Origin: a virus
Lineage: Duplodnaviria > Caudoviricetes
Reading direction: 5' to 3' (one strand)
Virus record (IMG/VR): IMGVR_UViG_3300021431_004524
Coordinates: 1 to 64,000 of that record
DNA: 64,000 nucleotides
Position numbers and translations under genes: made by a program. This document shows positions 9,716 through 19,447 of the stretch, piece by piece (position 1 is the stretch's first letter; every line of letters begins with the position of its first letter). The notes under the pieces were generated by a model, which worked only from the letters and a program-made list of their open reading frames with translations, searched no databases and was not told where the DNA came from.

Positions 9716-10507
9716 TTACTCTTCTATGAGGTTTTGCTTTTCTTCAAAATAGATTGTTTTATATTTTTTCATTGCATCCCTCACATCTTTTGTTGATAAC
9801 TGTGTATATTCTTTGACAAAATAGAGGAATGATGTCTTATTGAATTTTCTGTCTGCCGAAAGGTTTGAGAATATTTGTTCCCAATTCATTAATATTTCGA
9901 GAAGCGCATATCCGACTTGTCGCTCTTTTTCATTAAGTTTTTCACCATTCTCAGGACTTAATATAAACTGTATTTTTTCAATATTGCGATTTATAAGTTC
10001 TGTGTTGAATGAAATTAAGGCTCTGTCTTTATCATAATCACTTCTATTGTCTCCGTTTCCACCAAACATTAATTCATATGAAAGGACCGTATCACGTTTT
10101 TTCATATCATTTGTCCTTTTAAGCAACAGATATCTTTTGCATACGGTTCCACAATATGAATATGCCTTGTATCCCTTTGAGAAATCAAAATTATTGACTT
10201 TTGTAATTAGGAATGACATAGTATCATTAAAGGTGTCTGAAAAGTCTTCAGATGGCGTAAAGAGTCCATATCTTCTAATTATGGACTCTATCATTTTTGT
10301 AAACGCCGGATACAGTTTCTGTCTGAAAATCCTATCCCTGAAACGTTTATCCGTACTTTCGACATATTGGCGGAATGCCTCTTCTTCTTCCTCATAGAAA
10401 TAGCCGTTTCTTTTTTCTGGATTAGGTTTTCGACCTCGTTTTTTTGGTTTGGTATCTGTTAAGTTTTCTTCATTTATATTTGCTGTTTCGTTTTTAATTT
10501 CACACAT
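9716..10507 (-). CDS. phage sigma-factor-like protein (gp55-like late sigma candidate)
   Basis: YFYEEEE..F..Y...LYPAFTKMIESIIRRY...FLITKVNNFDFSKGYKAYSYCGTVCKRYL resembles sigma region 2 (FD..KG.KAF.Y). Confidence 0.65.
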   Translation of the reverse strand: MCEIKNETANINEENLTDTKPKKRGRKPNPEKRNGYFYEEEEEAFRQYVESTDKRFRDRIFRQKLYPAFTKMIESIIRRYGLFTPSEDFSDTFNDTMSFLITKVNNFDFSKGYKAYSYCGTVCKRYLLLKRTNDMKKRDTVLSYELMFGGNGDNRSDYDKDRALISFNTELINRNIEKIQFILSPENGEKLNEKERQVGYALLEILMNWEQIFSNLSADRKFNKTSFLYFVKEYTQLSTKDVRDAMKKYKTIYFEEKQNLIEE

Positions 10508-10530
10508 TAAACCAAATAAAACATAAAAAA

Positions 10531-11358
10531 TTATTTCAGTTCTTCTTCCGCTACATTAATAATATCCTTGTTACGGTCAGTATCATAGACATACTCGCGG
10601 AATGCAAGTTCAAACCATTTGTTAATTTCCTCATCGGAAAGCGTTTTATTATAGGTATCTGTAAGGCTTCCCTCTCTTCCTACTTCATGTACATATCCCT
10701 CTTTAGGAACTACCATACACTTAAGTCCTTTGTTGGTAAGCCTAAGTAAAAGTTCATAATTGAATGCGACTTTTATTGATGGCTTATATTTTCCGACTTT
10801 TATGAAATCGTCACGATTAAAAATGGCACCTGTTAAATTAAAAACAGAACATTTCTCTATTCGTTTAAAATTGATAATACCGACATCATCTGTATCATCA
10901 ACATCATCGGTTATAAAGGCATTGGATAAACCGAACTCATTACCAAATTGCCAATTCTTATTACCTGTATGTATGACATTCAATGGCAGGAAAATACTTA
11001 TGCTTTCATTCCCATAGAAATAATCGTTTGCCAATTTAAACCATTTCTTACGATACGTGTCATCATATTCAAGAATTGAGAAATAATCGGTACTAATATT
11101 ATCTACACCGAAATTAATCATTGAACAGAAATCGGTATTACCTTCATTCCATATTATTTTTGTTTCCGGAATAAACTGACATATGTCTGAATGTGTAAGT
11201 ATATCATCAAGTCTCCTTGGTGCAACGATTACAACAGGAAGATGTCCGTCCTTAAATTCTTTTCGACAGTCAGACACGCTTTCCAATGCTTTTTTAAGCA
11301 ATGTATCTACTGTATCGTTATATTCATGAACCGGTATAATAATTGTTACGTCTTTCAT
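10531..11358 (-). CDS. glycosyltransferase family 2 (GT-A)
   Basis: DVTIIIPVHEY...ALESV...INFGVDNISTDYFSILEYDD (DxD-like)...YELLLRL. Confidence 0.85.
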   Translation of the reverse strand: MKDVTIIIPVHEYNDTVDTLLKKALESVSDCRKEFKDGHLPVVIVAPRRLDDILTHSDICQFIPETKIIWNEGNTDFCSMINFGVDNISTDYFSILEYDDTYRKKWFKLANDYFYGNESISIFLPLNVIHTGNKNWQFGNEFGLSNAFITDDVDDTDDVGIINFKRIEKCSVFNLTGAIFNRDDFIKVGKYKPSIKVAFNYELLLRLTNKGLKCMVVPKEGYVHEVGREGSLTDTYNKTLSDEEINKWFELAFREYVYDTDRNKDIINVAEEELK

Positions 11359-11361
11359 TGT

Positions 11362-12522
11362 CTATTCACCATTTAAAATCTTATTATTTTTCAAAGCCTC
11401 GAATTCCGTTACTCTCTTATTGAAGATATCTGTGATTATCTTATCAACATTTACTTCCCATTGTTCCAAAGAATATTCTTTGTTTGTCTTTTCAATTTCA
11501 TCATATAATGTTGGGGAAATATCATCTTCAATCCACTCATTAATAGCGGAAGCAAGAACATCCGGAATTTGGTTAATGTCATTGACCCAAAGGCCATTAG
11601 GCAACGGTACGCCATCTGCATCCATCATCCATTCAGGCTCTGTTTCCGGTATTTTACCGATAACAATATTACCGCACCTCATAGATTCAAGAGCATTATA
11701 CCCAAAGGATGAGTCATTGTCAACCCATATTGTTATTGCACCCTCTTGAAGCATTTCAGCATATTTTTCTCTTGGGAAATTAGAAAGGAAACGGAAAGGA
11801 ACAAAATTAAACAATGGATATTTCCAATAGAACATTTTAACAATGTGTTCCGCATCCTCTTTGGTCTTTGTAACTACATTAACAATGAGTTTCTTCGCTG
11901 TTAAGGGCTTTCTGAAATATTCCGGAATATATGGTGGCAAGATATATGTATTCACATATTTGAAAACTGACTTAACGAGGGCAGATTGTTTCTCTGTACA
12001 TACGATTGCATCAGTAATACCATATGTTGCCCATTGGTCTCCGAATGGAATAAACTCACTGATATGTCTGAAATTTTCAACGACTACATATCTTTTACAT
12101 GGTATGTGTTTTTGATATGTCTCTTTCATAAGGCTTGCGAATGCTTCCGGAATAAACAAGAAATCAGAAGGTGATACTTGCCATCCTCCGTTTGATATGT
12201 TTAAATGCTTCAATTTTCCATATTTTTCACCAAGCCATTCAGATACACCTATGAATTTTCTCCGTTCATCGGGTACACTGCCTTGTTTTGCAAAGTTTGC
12301 AAGTTCTTTTTCGGTATACTCATCTTCCAACTGATAAAGCATACACACGTTGTATTTTTTCTCATGTAGTGTGTAGGCAAGTTGATATATGTATTCCATT
12401 TTTGCGTTTGGAACATTCCTTGCATCAGCCACGAAAAAATAAAGTATAGATTCTTTATTTTTAACAGTATCAATGGCTTTATCGATACGTCCTATTATTT
12501 CTTGTGATTTGTTATTTTCCAT
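11362..12522 (-). CDS. GT-B fold glycosyltransferase-like protein
   Basis: DFLFIPE; C-terminal REKYAEML...SSFGYNALESMRCGNIVIG matches the GT-B E.FG...LEAM.CG pattern. Confidence 0.7.
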   Translation of the reverse strand: MENNKSQEIIGRIDKAIDTVKNKESILYFFVADARNVPNAKMEYIYQLAYTLHEKKYNVCMLYQLEDEYTEKELANFAKQGSVPDERRKFIGVSEWLGEKYGKLKHLNISNGGWQVSPSDFLFIPEAFASLMKETYQKHIPCKRYVVVENFRHISEFIPFGDQWATYGITDAIVCTEKQSALVKSVFKYVNTYILPPYIPEYFRKPLTAKKLIVNVVTKTKEDAEHIVKMFYWKYPLFNFVPFRFLSNFPREKYAEMLQEGAITIWVDNDSSFGYNALESMRCGNIVIGKIPETEPEWMMDADGVPLPNGLWVNDINQIPDVLASAINEWIEDDISPTLYDEIEKTNKEYSLEQWEVNVDKIITDIFNKRVTEFEALKNNKILNGE

Positions 12523-12534
12523 TGTAATATAAAA

Positions 12535-12891
12535 TTAATTTTTTGTTTCTTTAATTACGCCCTCATTCATAAATGTGGTAAAAATAATGCTTTGTCCAAG
12601 ACTAAAGTCATTTATGTTACTAATCGTTTTACCCTGAGGTGTTTGGTATGCTGCCAATATTTCATTTAGAAGACCATTAAGGAAGTCATATCTTAAACTA
12701 CATAAATGGTTGTTTAAATCAGTCTTATTGTCAACCATTTCCTTATTCATAATCTTTAATTCGCCGTTGGTATCTGGTTGCCATATTTCCGTAACCGTTG
12801 AATCAGTGTTTTTCTCGTTCTGACTTTTCTTAGTTACTAATTCAAAGAATTTTTCGAAATCAATACTGTATCTACTATTCATTTTCTTCAC
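12535..12891 (-). CDS. hypothetical protein
   Basis: 118 aa, in operon. Confidence 0.7.
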   Translation of the reverse strand: MKKMNSRYSIDFEKFFELVTKKSQNEKNTDSTVTEIWQPDTNGELKIMNKEMVDNKTDLNNHLCSLRYDFLNGLLNEILAAYQTPQGKTISNINDFSLGQSIIFTTFMNEGVIKETKN

Positions 12892-13489
12892 CGTTTAAAA
12901 TCTTTATCAAAGTTTCATTCTCATCATTTATAATGTCATTAAGTGATTTGAATGAATATTTACATTCCGCCATAACATTATAAGGCATTTCTATTTTAAA
13001 CACGATTTTACCTTCAGGTGCATTTTCAATTAAGTTAGGATTGGCCGTGATTAAGATATCACATCTGTCCCATATAGTTGAAGAGTCAACCGGAAAATAT
13101 ACTTCTCTTACATTTGAACTTATCTTTGATAAGAATGAATATGTAGATTGAATGGTCTTGCCAGCTTCGAACGGACTTACGAGCATAATTTCAGGTATCT
13201 TTTCTTTGTCAAGATTCCTTAATGTCTTTTGTGTCCAATCATTAAAGCGATATGGAAGCATCTTATCAGTTGCTTCGGCACGTCCATAGAGTTCAAACGC
13301 ATAATCCGCATAACGAAAAATGTTATAGCTATTTTTATCTTTAAACGGGAAGACTTCGTATAAATCGAATGAATTTATATCTTTATCCTCAATTTCAAAT
13401 GATGGGTCAATGGCCTTGATGTAATAATTTTTAAATTGGCCGGTAAAATCCCTTAATACGTCGTTAATATCAATTGCAATCTTCATCAT
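12875..13489 (-). CDS. HAD-family 5'(3')-deoxyribonucleotidase-like protein
   Basis: N-terminal KIAIDINDVLRDF (DxDxV variant); C-terminal FKIEMPYN. Confidence 0.7.
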   Translation of the reverse strand: MMKIAIDINDVLRDFTGQFKNYYIKAIDPSFEIEDKDINSFDLYEVFPFKDKNSYNIFRYADYAFELYGRAEATDKMLPYRFNDWTQKTLRNLDKEKIPEIMLVSPFEAGKTIQSTYSFLSKISSNVREVYFPVDSSTIWDRCDILITANPNLIENAPEGKIVFKIEMPYNVMAECKYSFKSLNDIINDENETLIKILNGEENE

Positions 13490-13932
13490 TAATCAACAAA
13501 AGCCTTTATTTCTTCACCTTTATCATTAAGGTATACAAGTCTTGGATAAGCATGTTCAAGATTTGCTTTGAATCCACATTCACATTCGTGTTTTGCAACC
13601 TTTTCCAAACTAAACGGATTATACATTACCGGCGACCTGCTGATGAGTTCCTTGCCACACTTAGGACAGAAAATGTGCTTAACACGGATTTTTACATCAC
13701 TAACAACTGAATTTCCGTTTTCGTCAAATTCCTTTTCTGTAATTCTTGGCCATTCCTTCTCGAACTGTTTATAAAGATTCTCCATATCATTAGGGTCTTC
13801 TTTAAGTTCCTTTACCTTGGCCGCAACGGCTCCCTTATCACCATTTACAGCAAGTTCATCCGGAATTTCATTAGTTTCATTTAATCTATCTTCTTCCAAC
13901 TGTTTTTTGTAATTGTCTAAAATACTTCCCAT
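13489..13932 (-). CDS. zinc-ribbon protein
   Basis: CPKCG...HECECG. Confidence 0.7.
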   Translation of the reverse strand: MGSILDNYKKQLEEDRLNETNEIPDELAVNGDKGAVAAKVKELKEDPNDMENLYKQFEKEWPRITEKEFDENGNSVVSDVKIRVKHIFCPKCGKELISRSPVMYNPFSLEKVAKHECECGFKANLEHAYPRLVYLNDKGEEIKAFVD

Positions 13933-13952
13933 AACTTTACTTTTATATTCTT

Positions 13953-14330
13953 TTATTTTTGATAGTCTAAGATGTTAAAATATCTGAAACCTTGGAAACC
14001 TTTCATCGGTATCTTAGTATCAAGATAATGGAAAGGTCCACTTCTCTCAATGAATTTACCACTATATTCTTTACCGGTGGTAGTACAAGTGAATTGTTTT
14101 TCTCTGAAGCCGATTATTTTCTGCCACCCTTTAACATAACCTTTATGAACAATATAACATTTGTCTCCACGATTTATACCTTTCGGGAAATTATAAACCT
14201 TGAAATTCATAACCTCGCTATAATCCTTAACTCTGTCAAGTTCTTTTTCATAGTCATGCCAGTCAATATTTGACGGCAATGTTACAATAATTGACCTGTT
14301 ATCCTTTTCAATCTCTTCAAGTATTCCCAT
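13953..14330 (-). CDS. hypothetical protein, possible ASCH/PUA-like fold
   Basis: GDKCYIVHKGYVKG...IPMKGFQGFRY; ATG 14330 preferred. Confidence 0.55.
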   Translation of the reverse strand: MGILEEIEKDNRSIIVTLPSNIDWHDYEKELDRVKDYSEVMNFKVYNFPKGINRGDKCYIVHKGYVKGWQKIIGFREKQFTCTTTGKEYSGKFIERSGPFHYLDTKIPMKGFQGFRYFNILDYQK

Positions 14331-14400
14331 AATATTCAGAACTTTAGCATTTTTACACATATAATATTAAACTATAAAAAACATGTTATATTTTCAATAT

Positions 14401-14910
14401 TTACTTAAAATAAACATCCTTTTCTTCTCCGTTTTTATCGACGAAACTAAAATGGAAATATTTTGGCTTTAGTACAACAAGTGGTGACAACATATCCTTT
14501 GTGTATTTGTTACCAACATCTTTTTTAAGGTATGCTATCGTAACGTGTGGGTTATAACCCTTATATTCGCTGTGCGTTGGAAACCTGCTTGTTATCTTTT
14601 TGTTGGTATCATGAAGAGCCATAGAACTGGCATCACATTTTAATACATCATAGTTTTCATTGTTTGTAAACATTGATACGTTGTTCAATATCAACACATA
14701 CTTGTCGAGTGGTAATAACATTTTCTTTAATTCCTCAATATTCACGTCGTTATCAAGACAAGGAACTAATGTTACGTGTGTTTCACGTTCTATGCCATAT
14801 TCTTTGCCATCCTCTGTGTATATTTCGTCATCAGTTAATAGATTATGTATATCCTTTATTATCTCAGGCGTGTCATAATCTATCATCAAAAAAGCATATT
14901 CTCTTCCCAT
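14401..14910 (-). CDS. 2H phosphoesterase, T4 gp57B/Acb1-like
   Basis: two HxT motifs: YGIERETHVTL and HSEYKGYNPHVTIAY. Confidence 0.8.
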   Translation of the reverse strand: MGREYAFLMIDYDTPEIIKDIHNLLTDDEIYTEDGKEYGIERETHVTLVPCLDNDVNIEELKKMLLPLDKYVLILNNVSMFTNNENYDVLKCDASSMALHDTNKKITSRFPTHSEYKGYNPHVTIAYLKKDVGNKYTKDMLSPLVVLKPKYFHFSFVDKNGEEKDVYFK

Positions 14911-14911
14911 G

Positions 14912-16072
14912 TTATTCTTGTTTATTCATATTATTTAGATATTTTTTAAGGCAATCGCTGCATAATTTTTTACCGAATGTCTGTTCTGAAATCTGCAAAT
15001 CCATATATGACATAACACTATTGTCATCTGATATTTCATCATCTGTTATATCACGCCCTAATGATGCTTGCATATTATCTATTGCTTCTGTATCATATTC
15101 TACGGTTTTTCCACATTCGGAGCAGACAAATGTCTTATGTTCATTACCTCCACTGAAAGCATCGATAACGACCTCCTTCTTCTCATTGTTACGGTATTTC
15201 TCATCCATTGATTTAGAATAGAATTCATCCGTCTGGTCTTTACCGTTCACATATGCATGTGCCTTGAATTTTAACACGTAATGACCATCATATTCTAAAA
15301 TACCTTTATAGTATATGTGGTCAAACCTAAATTCAATCATATCGTTAAGTCCGTATGCGTGAGATGTAACAAACGATACACGTGTCATTGAAATTATATC
15401 AGATTGCCTATATCCTGACATAAGTTTTTCAACTTCTTTAATGAAATAAATAGATTTCATATCCTTTTCTTGTGGATATTTACTAACATAAAAATCCAAT
15501 ATCATATTGTCTTCATCATCAAGTTTCTTTACGACCAATCTCGTGGTATAAGCCTCTAACTTGAATCTTGGCATGAAATCACGTTCAATCTCGATATTGT
15601 ATTTGTTTTCGACATCAAAATGTCCTAAGTTTATCGATACATTACCTTGGGCATCCACTAATTTAGCATTTAGAAAATCAACATCCTTTGTTCCGTCATA
15701 TATATTGGCAGTATTAGCATGATTAGGCTGTATGGTAATTAGTTCGAGATTGTCACTGTTATCATACTTCACGAATTTACTGTCTTGTTTGTCAAAACGG
15801 ATAGCCTTTGTCGGGGAAAAATATTCAAACTGTTTTGATTCTCTATCGACCTTATATGTTCTGTATCTAAGTTCTTCAACTTGTTGGGTCACTTCACCTT
15901 TAAGTAAATCCTTTGAGACACGATTTTCAGTTACCTGCTGTTGTATTTCAGTTCCTACGGAATTATCGATACCGGCTTGTGTAAAAACAGTGTCATTTGT
16001 ATCTTTCAAACCGTAGAATAATCCGACCCAATAGGCATTTATTCTATTACATAGTTTCTTTATTAGTTTCAT
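14912..16072 (-). CDS. hypothetical protein with C-terminal zinc finger
   Basis: CSECG...LCSDC; 386 aa. Confidence 0.75.
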   Translation of the reverse strand: MKLIKKLCNRINAYWVGLFYGLKDTNDTVFTQAGIDNSVGTEIQQQVTENRVSKDLLKGEVTQQVEELRYRTYKVDRESKQFEYFSPTKAIRFDKQDSKFVKYDNSDNLELITIQPNHANTANIYDGTKDVDFLNAKLVDAQGNVSINLGHFDVENKYNIEIERDFMPRFKLEAYTTRLVVKKLDDEDNMILDFYVSKYPQEKDMKSIYFIKEVEKLMSGYRQSDIISMTRVSFVTSHAYGLNDMIEFRFDHIYYKGILEYDGHYVLKFKAHAYVNGKDQTDEFYSKSMDEKYRNNEKKEVVIDAFSGGNEHKTFVCSECGKTVEYDTEAIDNMQASLGRDITDDEISDDNSVMSYMDLQISEQTFGKKLCSDCLKKYLNNMNKQE

Positions 16073-16265
16073 TACTTGAATCGATTTGTTTTAATCTTTT
16101 ATTAACTTCGTCGTATATCTTATTACGTAATCCCATTAATCTATCAAATTCATCATTGATTTCTTTATCGGGATTTAATTTTCTTTTAAGACCTATAAAA
16201 TCTAAGTACATTTCACATAACTTAAGATAAGAATAAAGTTCACTAATATTAATGGTTTCCAACAT
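16047..16265 (-). CDS. small hypothetical protein
   Basis: 72 aa, overlaps start of next gene. Confidence 0.55.
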   Translation of the reverse strand: MLETINISELYSYLKLCEMYLDFIGLKRKLNPDKEINDEFDRLMGLRNKIYDEVNKRLKQIDSSNETNKETM

Positions 16266-16387
16266 TTGTTTAAATTTGTATATTAGTCAATATATATATT
16301 CAATTAATAAAAATAAACAAAAAACTGCGAACATTCATATAAAAATGAACATCCGCAGAAAAAATATAAACAACGAAGAAAAACAAT

Positions 16388-17407
16388 CTAACGACTCTGA
16401 TTGAACTGGTTGGAAGCATTGGTACTTAATACATTAAGTTCCGGTCCACCAATGAAGTACTTTATGTCATTTATACCGCAATAAGACATTGCTGATTTCA
16501 GATAATCAATAAACTCAGTAGTAAAACTCTGAATTGTTCCTTTGCATTTATTATAAATCGTCTTACCTTCAGGGGTTCCTTTCTTTCCAAGCATTGCCAT
16601 ACCCTTTTCAGAAGCCATCCCGTAATATTCTTTTACTTTGCCTTGAACAAGTTTACCTGTTTCTTCATCTATGACCATACGTGGAATGATTTCACCGGCA
16701 CTATCTTCAAGTTTATTCAATGTACTTCCCAACATAATGTAATCAGCACCTAATGCAAGTGCCTTTATCATACGTCGGTAACTTGAAAGACCGCCGTCAG
16801 CAACGATTTTTGTTTTAAATCCATAATCTGTTTTAATTCTATAACAATCATCAATAAGTGAGGCCATAGGATACAATAGTCCAATCGAAGTTGCTGTTAT
16901 ACATGCCTGACCACTTCCCACACTACATCTTACGTAGTCGACACCAATTTTACAGAATTTTTCAAAAGTCTTTGGATTGGCTACATTCCCGACCATCAAT
17001 TTCATTCTGTCACCATAGTATTCCTTAGCCTCTTTGGATAAGTCATATAACTTCTTCATATTACCATTAGCAATATCAATCAGAATATACAAATTTGAGT
17101 TTTCAACCTTTCTTTCTATGAATTTATTCTCGAATTCAGAAAGTGAAAAAGCACACCATCGTTTATCACAATTATATAGTCTTACACCAATATCTTCTGT
17201 TCTTGGAAGTATTGCATTAATGCCATATTCTTCAAATCTGCTATATGTATTAGAGTCTACTACACAAGGCATAGGTGCTGTGAAAATCGGAAGTTTTCCA
17301 TCCTCGTAATATGGGTTACATTCACTACGATGTTCAATTGCTGAAATTGTGGCCGGCATAATGGCCACGTCCTTTAGACTATAAAGTACATTTCTTTTAT
17401 TTAACAT
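16388..17407 (-). CDS. GMP reductase / IMPDH-family oxidoreductase (no CBS domains)
   Basis: PIFTAPM, IDIANG, MVGNVA, GSGQACIT (catalytic Cys loop), IVADGG...KALALGADYIMLGS, YYGMAS, LKSAMSYCG. Confidence 0.85.
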   Translation of the reverse strand: MLNKRNVLYSLKDVAIMPATISAIEHRSECNPYYEDGKLPIFTAPMPCVVDSNTYSRFEEYGINAILPRTEDIGVRLYNCDKRWCAFSLSEFENKFIERKVENSNLYILIDIANGNMKKLYDLSKEAKEYYGDRMKLMVGNVANPKTFEKFCKIGVDYVRCSVGSGQACITATSIGLLYPMASLIDDCYRIKTDYGFKTKIVADGGLSSYRRMIKALALGADYIMLGSTLNKLEDSAGEIIPRMVIDEETGKLVQGKVKEYYGMASEKGMAMLGKKGTPEGKTIYNKCKGTIQSFTTEFIDYLKSAMSYCGINDIKYFIGGPELNVLSTNASNQFNQSR

Positions 17408-17420
17408 AGTTTAAAATCAA

Positions 17421-17981
17421 TTAGTTCTTACCGCTACTACCATAACCGTTACCACCACGCTCAGTATCTTTTGTTATCTCGTTAGTCTTTTTCAAATTAA
17501 CGAGGTATGAATTGTAAACAGGACATAATACTGCTTGTGCAATTCTTTCGCCATCCTTTATTACAATCTTTTTGTCCGATAAGTTGATTGCCAGCACACA
17601 CACTTCGTTTCTGTAGCCTTCGTCTACCGTGCCGGGCGAATTGATAACCGTCAAACCTTCTTTTATTGAACATCCACTACGTGGTCTTACTTGTATCTCT
17701 GTGAATGCAGGGAGTTTGAAATACAAGCCTGTATGTATCATCCTACGCTCAAGTGGTTTTAACGTAATGAAGAGTTTGTTGTCCTCTTTATCAATTTTTG
17801 CGCCGTCTTCTTCCTTTGTAATCCATGCACGTAAGTCAAAACCGCTGTCACCTTCATATTCGTAATATGGGTCTTTATTTGGTGACATGTTTACAAATTC
17901 AAGTTCTTGTTCATCTAAAATGAGTTTTGGGTCTACGTACCCATTGTAACTACTCCAAATTTTAACTCTTTTTCCAAACAT
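17421..17981 (-). CDS. dut: trimeric dUTPase
   Basis: SGFDLRA, QVRPRSG, NSPGTVDEGYRNE, GERIAQAV, TERGGNGYGSSG. Confidence 0.95.
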   Translation of the reverse strand: MFGKRVKIWSSYNGYVDPKLILDEQELEFVNMSPNKDPYYEYEGDSGFDLRAWITKEEDGAKIDKEDNKLFITLKPLERRMIHTGLYFKLPAFTEIQVRPRSGCSIKEGLTVINSPGTVDEGYRNEVCVLAINLSDKKIVIKDGERIAQAVLCPVYNSYLVNLKKTNEITKDTERGGNGYGSSGKN

Positions 17982-18595
17982 TATTCCTCTATTGTTTCTT
18001 TTTGTTTATTATTAATATATTTCTGTCTCATTTCAGTCGCAACAAATTGGTTGGCCGCTTTCACTATTGAACATAACGGATTCATATAAAACATGATTTT
18101 ATCATCATCTGTTTTATCGATAATCCTAATTGCCTCATATTCTTCTTCCGTAAGACTGATACCATATTTCTGACAAAGATAAAGTGAGCGTTCACCTAGT
18201 TTCAAAGCAGACTTAATATTCGGATTAAATTCGTATAGCACCCCCTTGTTTATTTTCCATGTCTCTCTTGTATCAATAAACATTTCGGCTTTTGATATGT
18301 GTTGAAGCAAAAGCACCCTCATCAACATATCAATATTAACCCTCATTGAAGAGAATTTGCTATTAGTACCGAATGCGACCTCATTAATACTGTAGGCAAT
18401 TGAACAAAGATGATTCAATACGATATCTATTAATGAACCTTGATACGCTGAACCACTGTCATTATTCAATGAGAAACTACAATTCTTTAATTGTTCTCCT
18501 AGGTCATCAATCATTTGTTCTGAGTAACAATTGTATTTTTTTAACTTGTTACAGAACGTGATGTAATTTAAATTAATTTTTTCTACTGTTAGCAT
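17981..18595 (-). CDS. HD-domain-like protein (degenerate HD motif)
   Basis: AYQGSLIDIVLNH...LLQHISKA...LGERSLYL...GISLTEEEYEAI follows phage HD-hydrolase layout. Confidence 0.55.
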   Translation of the reverse strand: MLTVEKINLNYITFCNKLKKYNCYSEQMIDDLGEQLKNCSFSLNNDSGSAYQGSLIDIVLNHLCSIAYSINEVAFGTNSKFSSMRVNIDMLMRVLLLQHISKAEMFIDTRETWKINKGVLYEFNPNIKSALKLGERSLYLCQKYGISLTEEEYEAIRIIDKTDDDKIMFYMNPLCSIVKAANQFVATEMRQKYINNKQKETIEE

Positions 18596-18624
18596 AATAT
18601 TCTTACATTTATTTCTGACATTTG

Positions 18625-18654
18625 CAAATATACTGCTTTTATTGAGAAAACAAA
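18625..18654 (-). promoter_or_regulatory. Bacteroidota-type promoter for the nucleotide-metabolism operon
   Basis: minus strand TTTG-N18-TATATTTG(CA), about 30 nt before ATG 18595. Confidence 0.7.
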
Positions 18655-18711
18655 AATAAAAATGAGGAAATAATCGTATTTCCCCATCAAATTTATCTTT
18701 TTTTTAGTGTT

Positions 18712-19395
18712 TTACTGCTTTTTAGATTTGTTTTTTCCCTTATATACCATTTGGCATTCAAATATATTATTGTCAGAATCAAGGAAAAGGAATTTGTCAG
18801 ACATTTTCATCACCTTTAATGAAGCCTCGTTATTTCTTTGTGCATTACTGCGGTTGATTGATTCATTAAGTTCATTGGCAATTTCATTTTTCATTGACTT
18901 GACAGCGTTTTCGACAATACTTTTAATCAAACCATAGTCAATTGTAACATCAGTACGTTGTATATTCTCTGCTATTGTAGCCTTTCGTGCATTTTCAATC
19001 TCTTTATCCCTTTCATCCAACTGATTTATAATGCTTTCTGTTTTCTGAATACCTTGAACGGCAGCGAGTTTAGCGGTAAAAGCATCCATCTTCGGGTCAA
19101 CAGGTGTCATTACAAGTGGATTTCTTGCAATGGCTTCCTTAATTGCAGACGGTAGTTTACAACTTTGTATTTTTTCTTGTGATATTCCCTCTTTAAGCAT
19201 GTCCATTTCGGCTTTTGCATTATATGCCGGTTGTCCAGTTCCATCATCTATCAAACGGTTGCCGAAAACTTGTTCAGTAAGGTCATCGACATTACCGACA
19301 AAAGTCTGAACATTCTGCCTTGGTATCATCCTTTCAGTAATATCATTACCGCTTGCTATACTTTTGGCCGTATTTAATTTATCCTTTAAATTCAT
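18712..19395 (-). CDS. hypothetical protein
   Basis: ORF; ATG 19395 (MNLKDK) preferred over 19431. Confidence 0.75.
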   Translation of the reverse strand: MNLKDKLNTAKSIASGNDITERMIPRQNVQTFVGNVDDLTEQVFGNRLIDDGTGQPAYNAKAEMDMLKEGISQEKIQSCKLPSAIKEAIARNPLVMTPVDPKMDAFTAKLAAVQGIQKTESIINQLDERDKEIENARKATIAENIQRTDVTIDYGLIKSIVENAVKSMKNEIANELNESINRSNAQRNNEASLKVMKMSDKFLFLDSDNNIFECQMVYKGKNKSKKQ

Positions 19396-19447
19396 TTCAT
19401 TAAATAAAATATATAATAAAGATAATATCAATCTTTTAAAATGTCAA

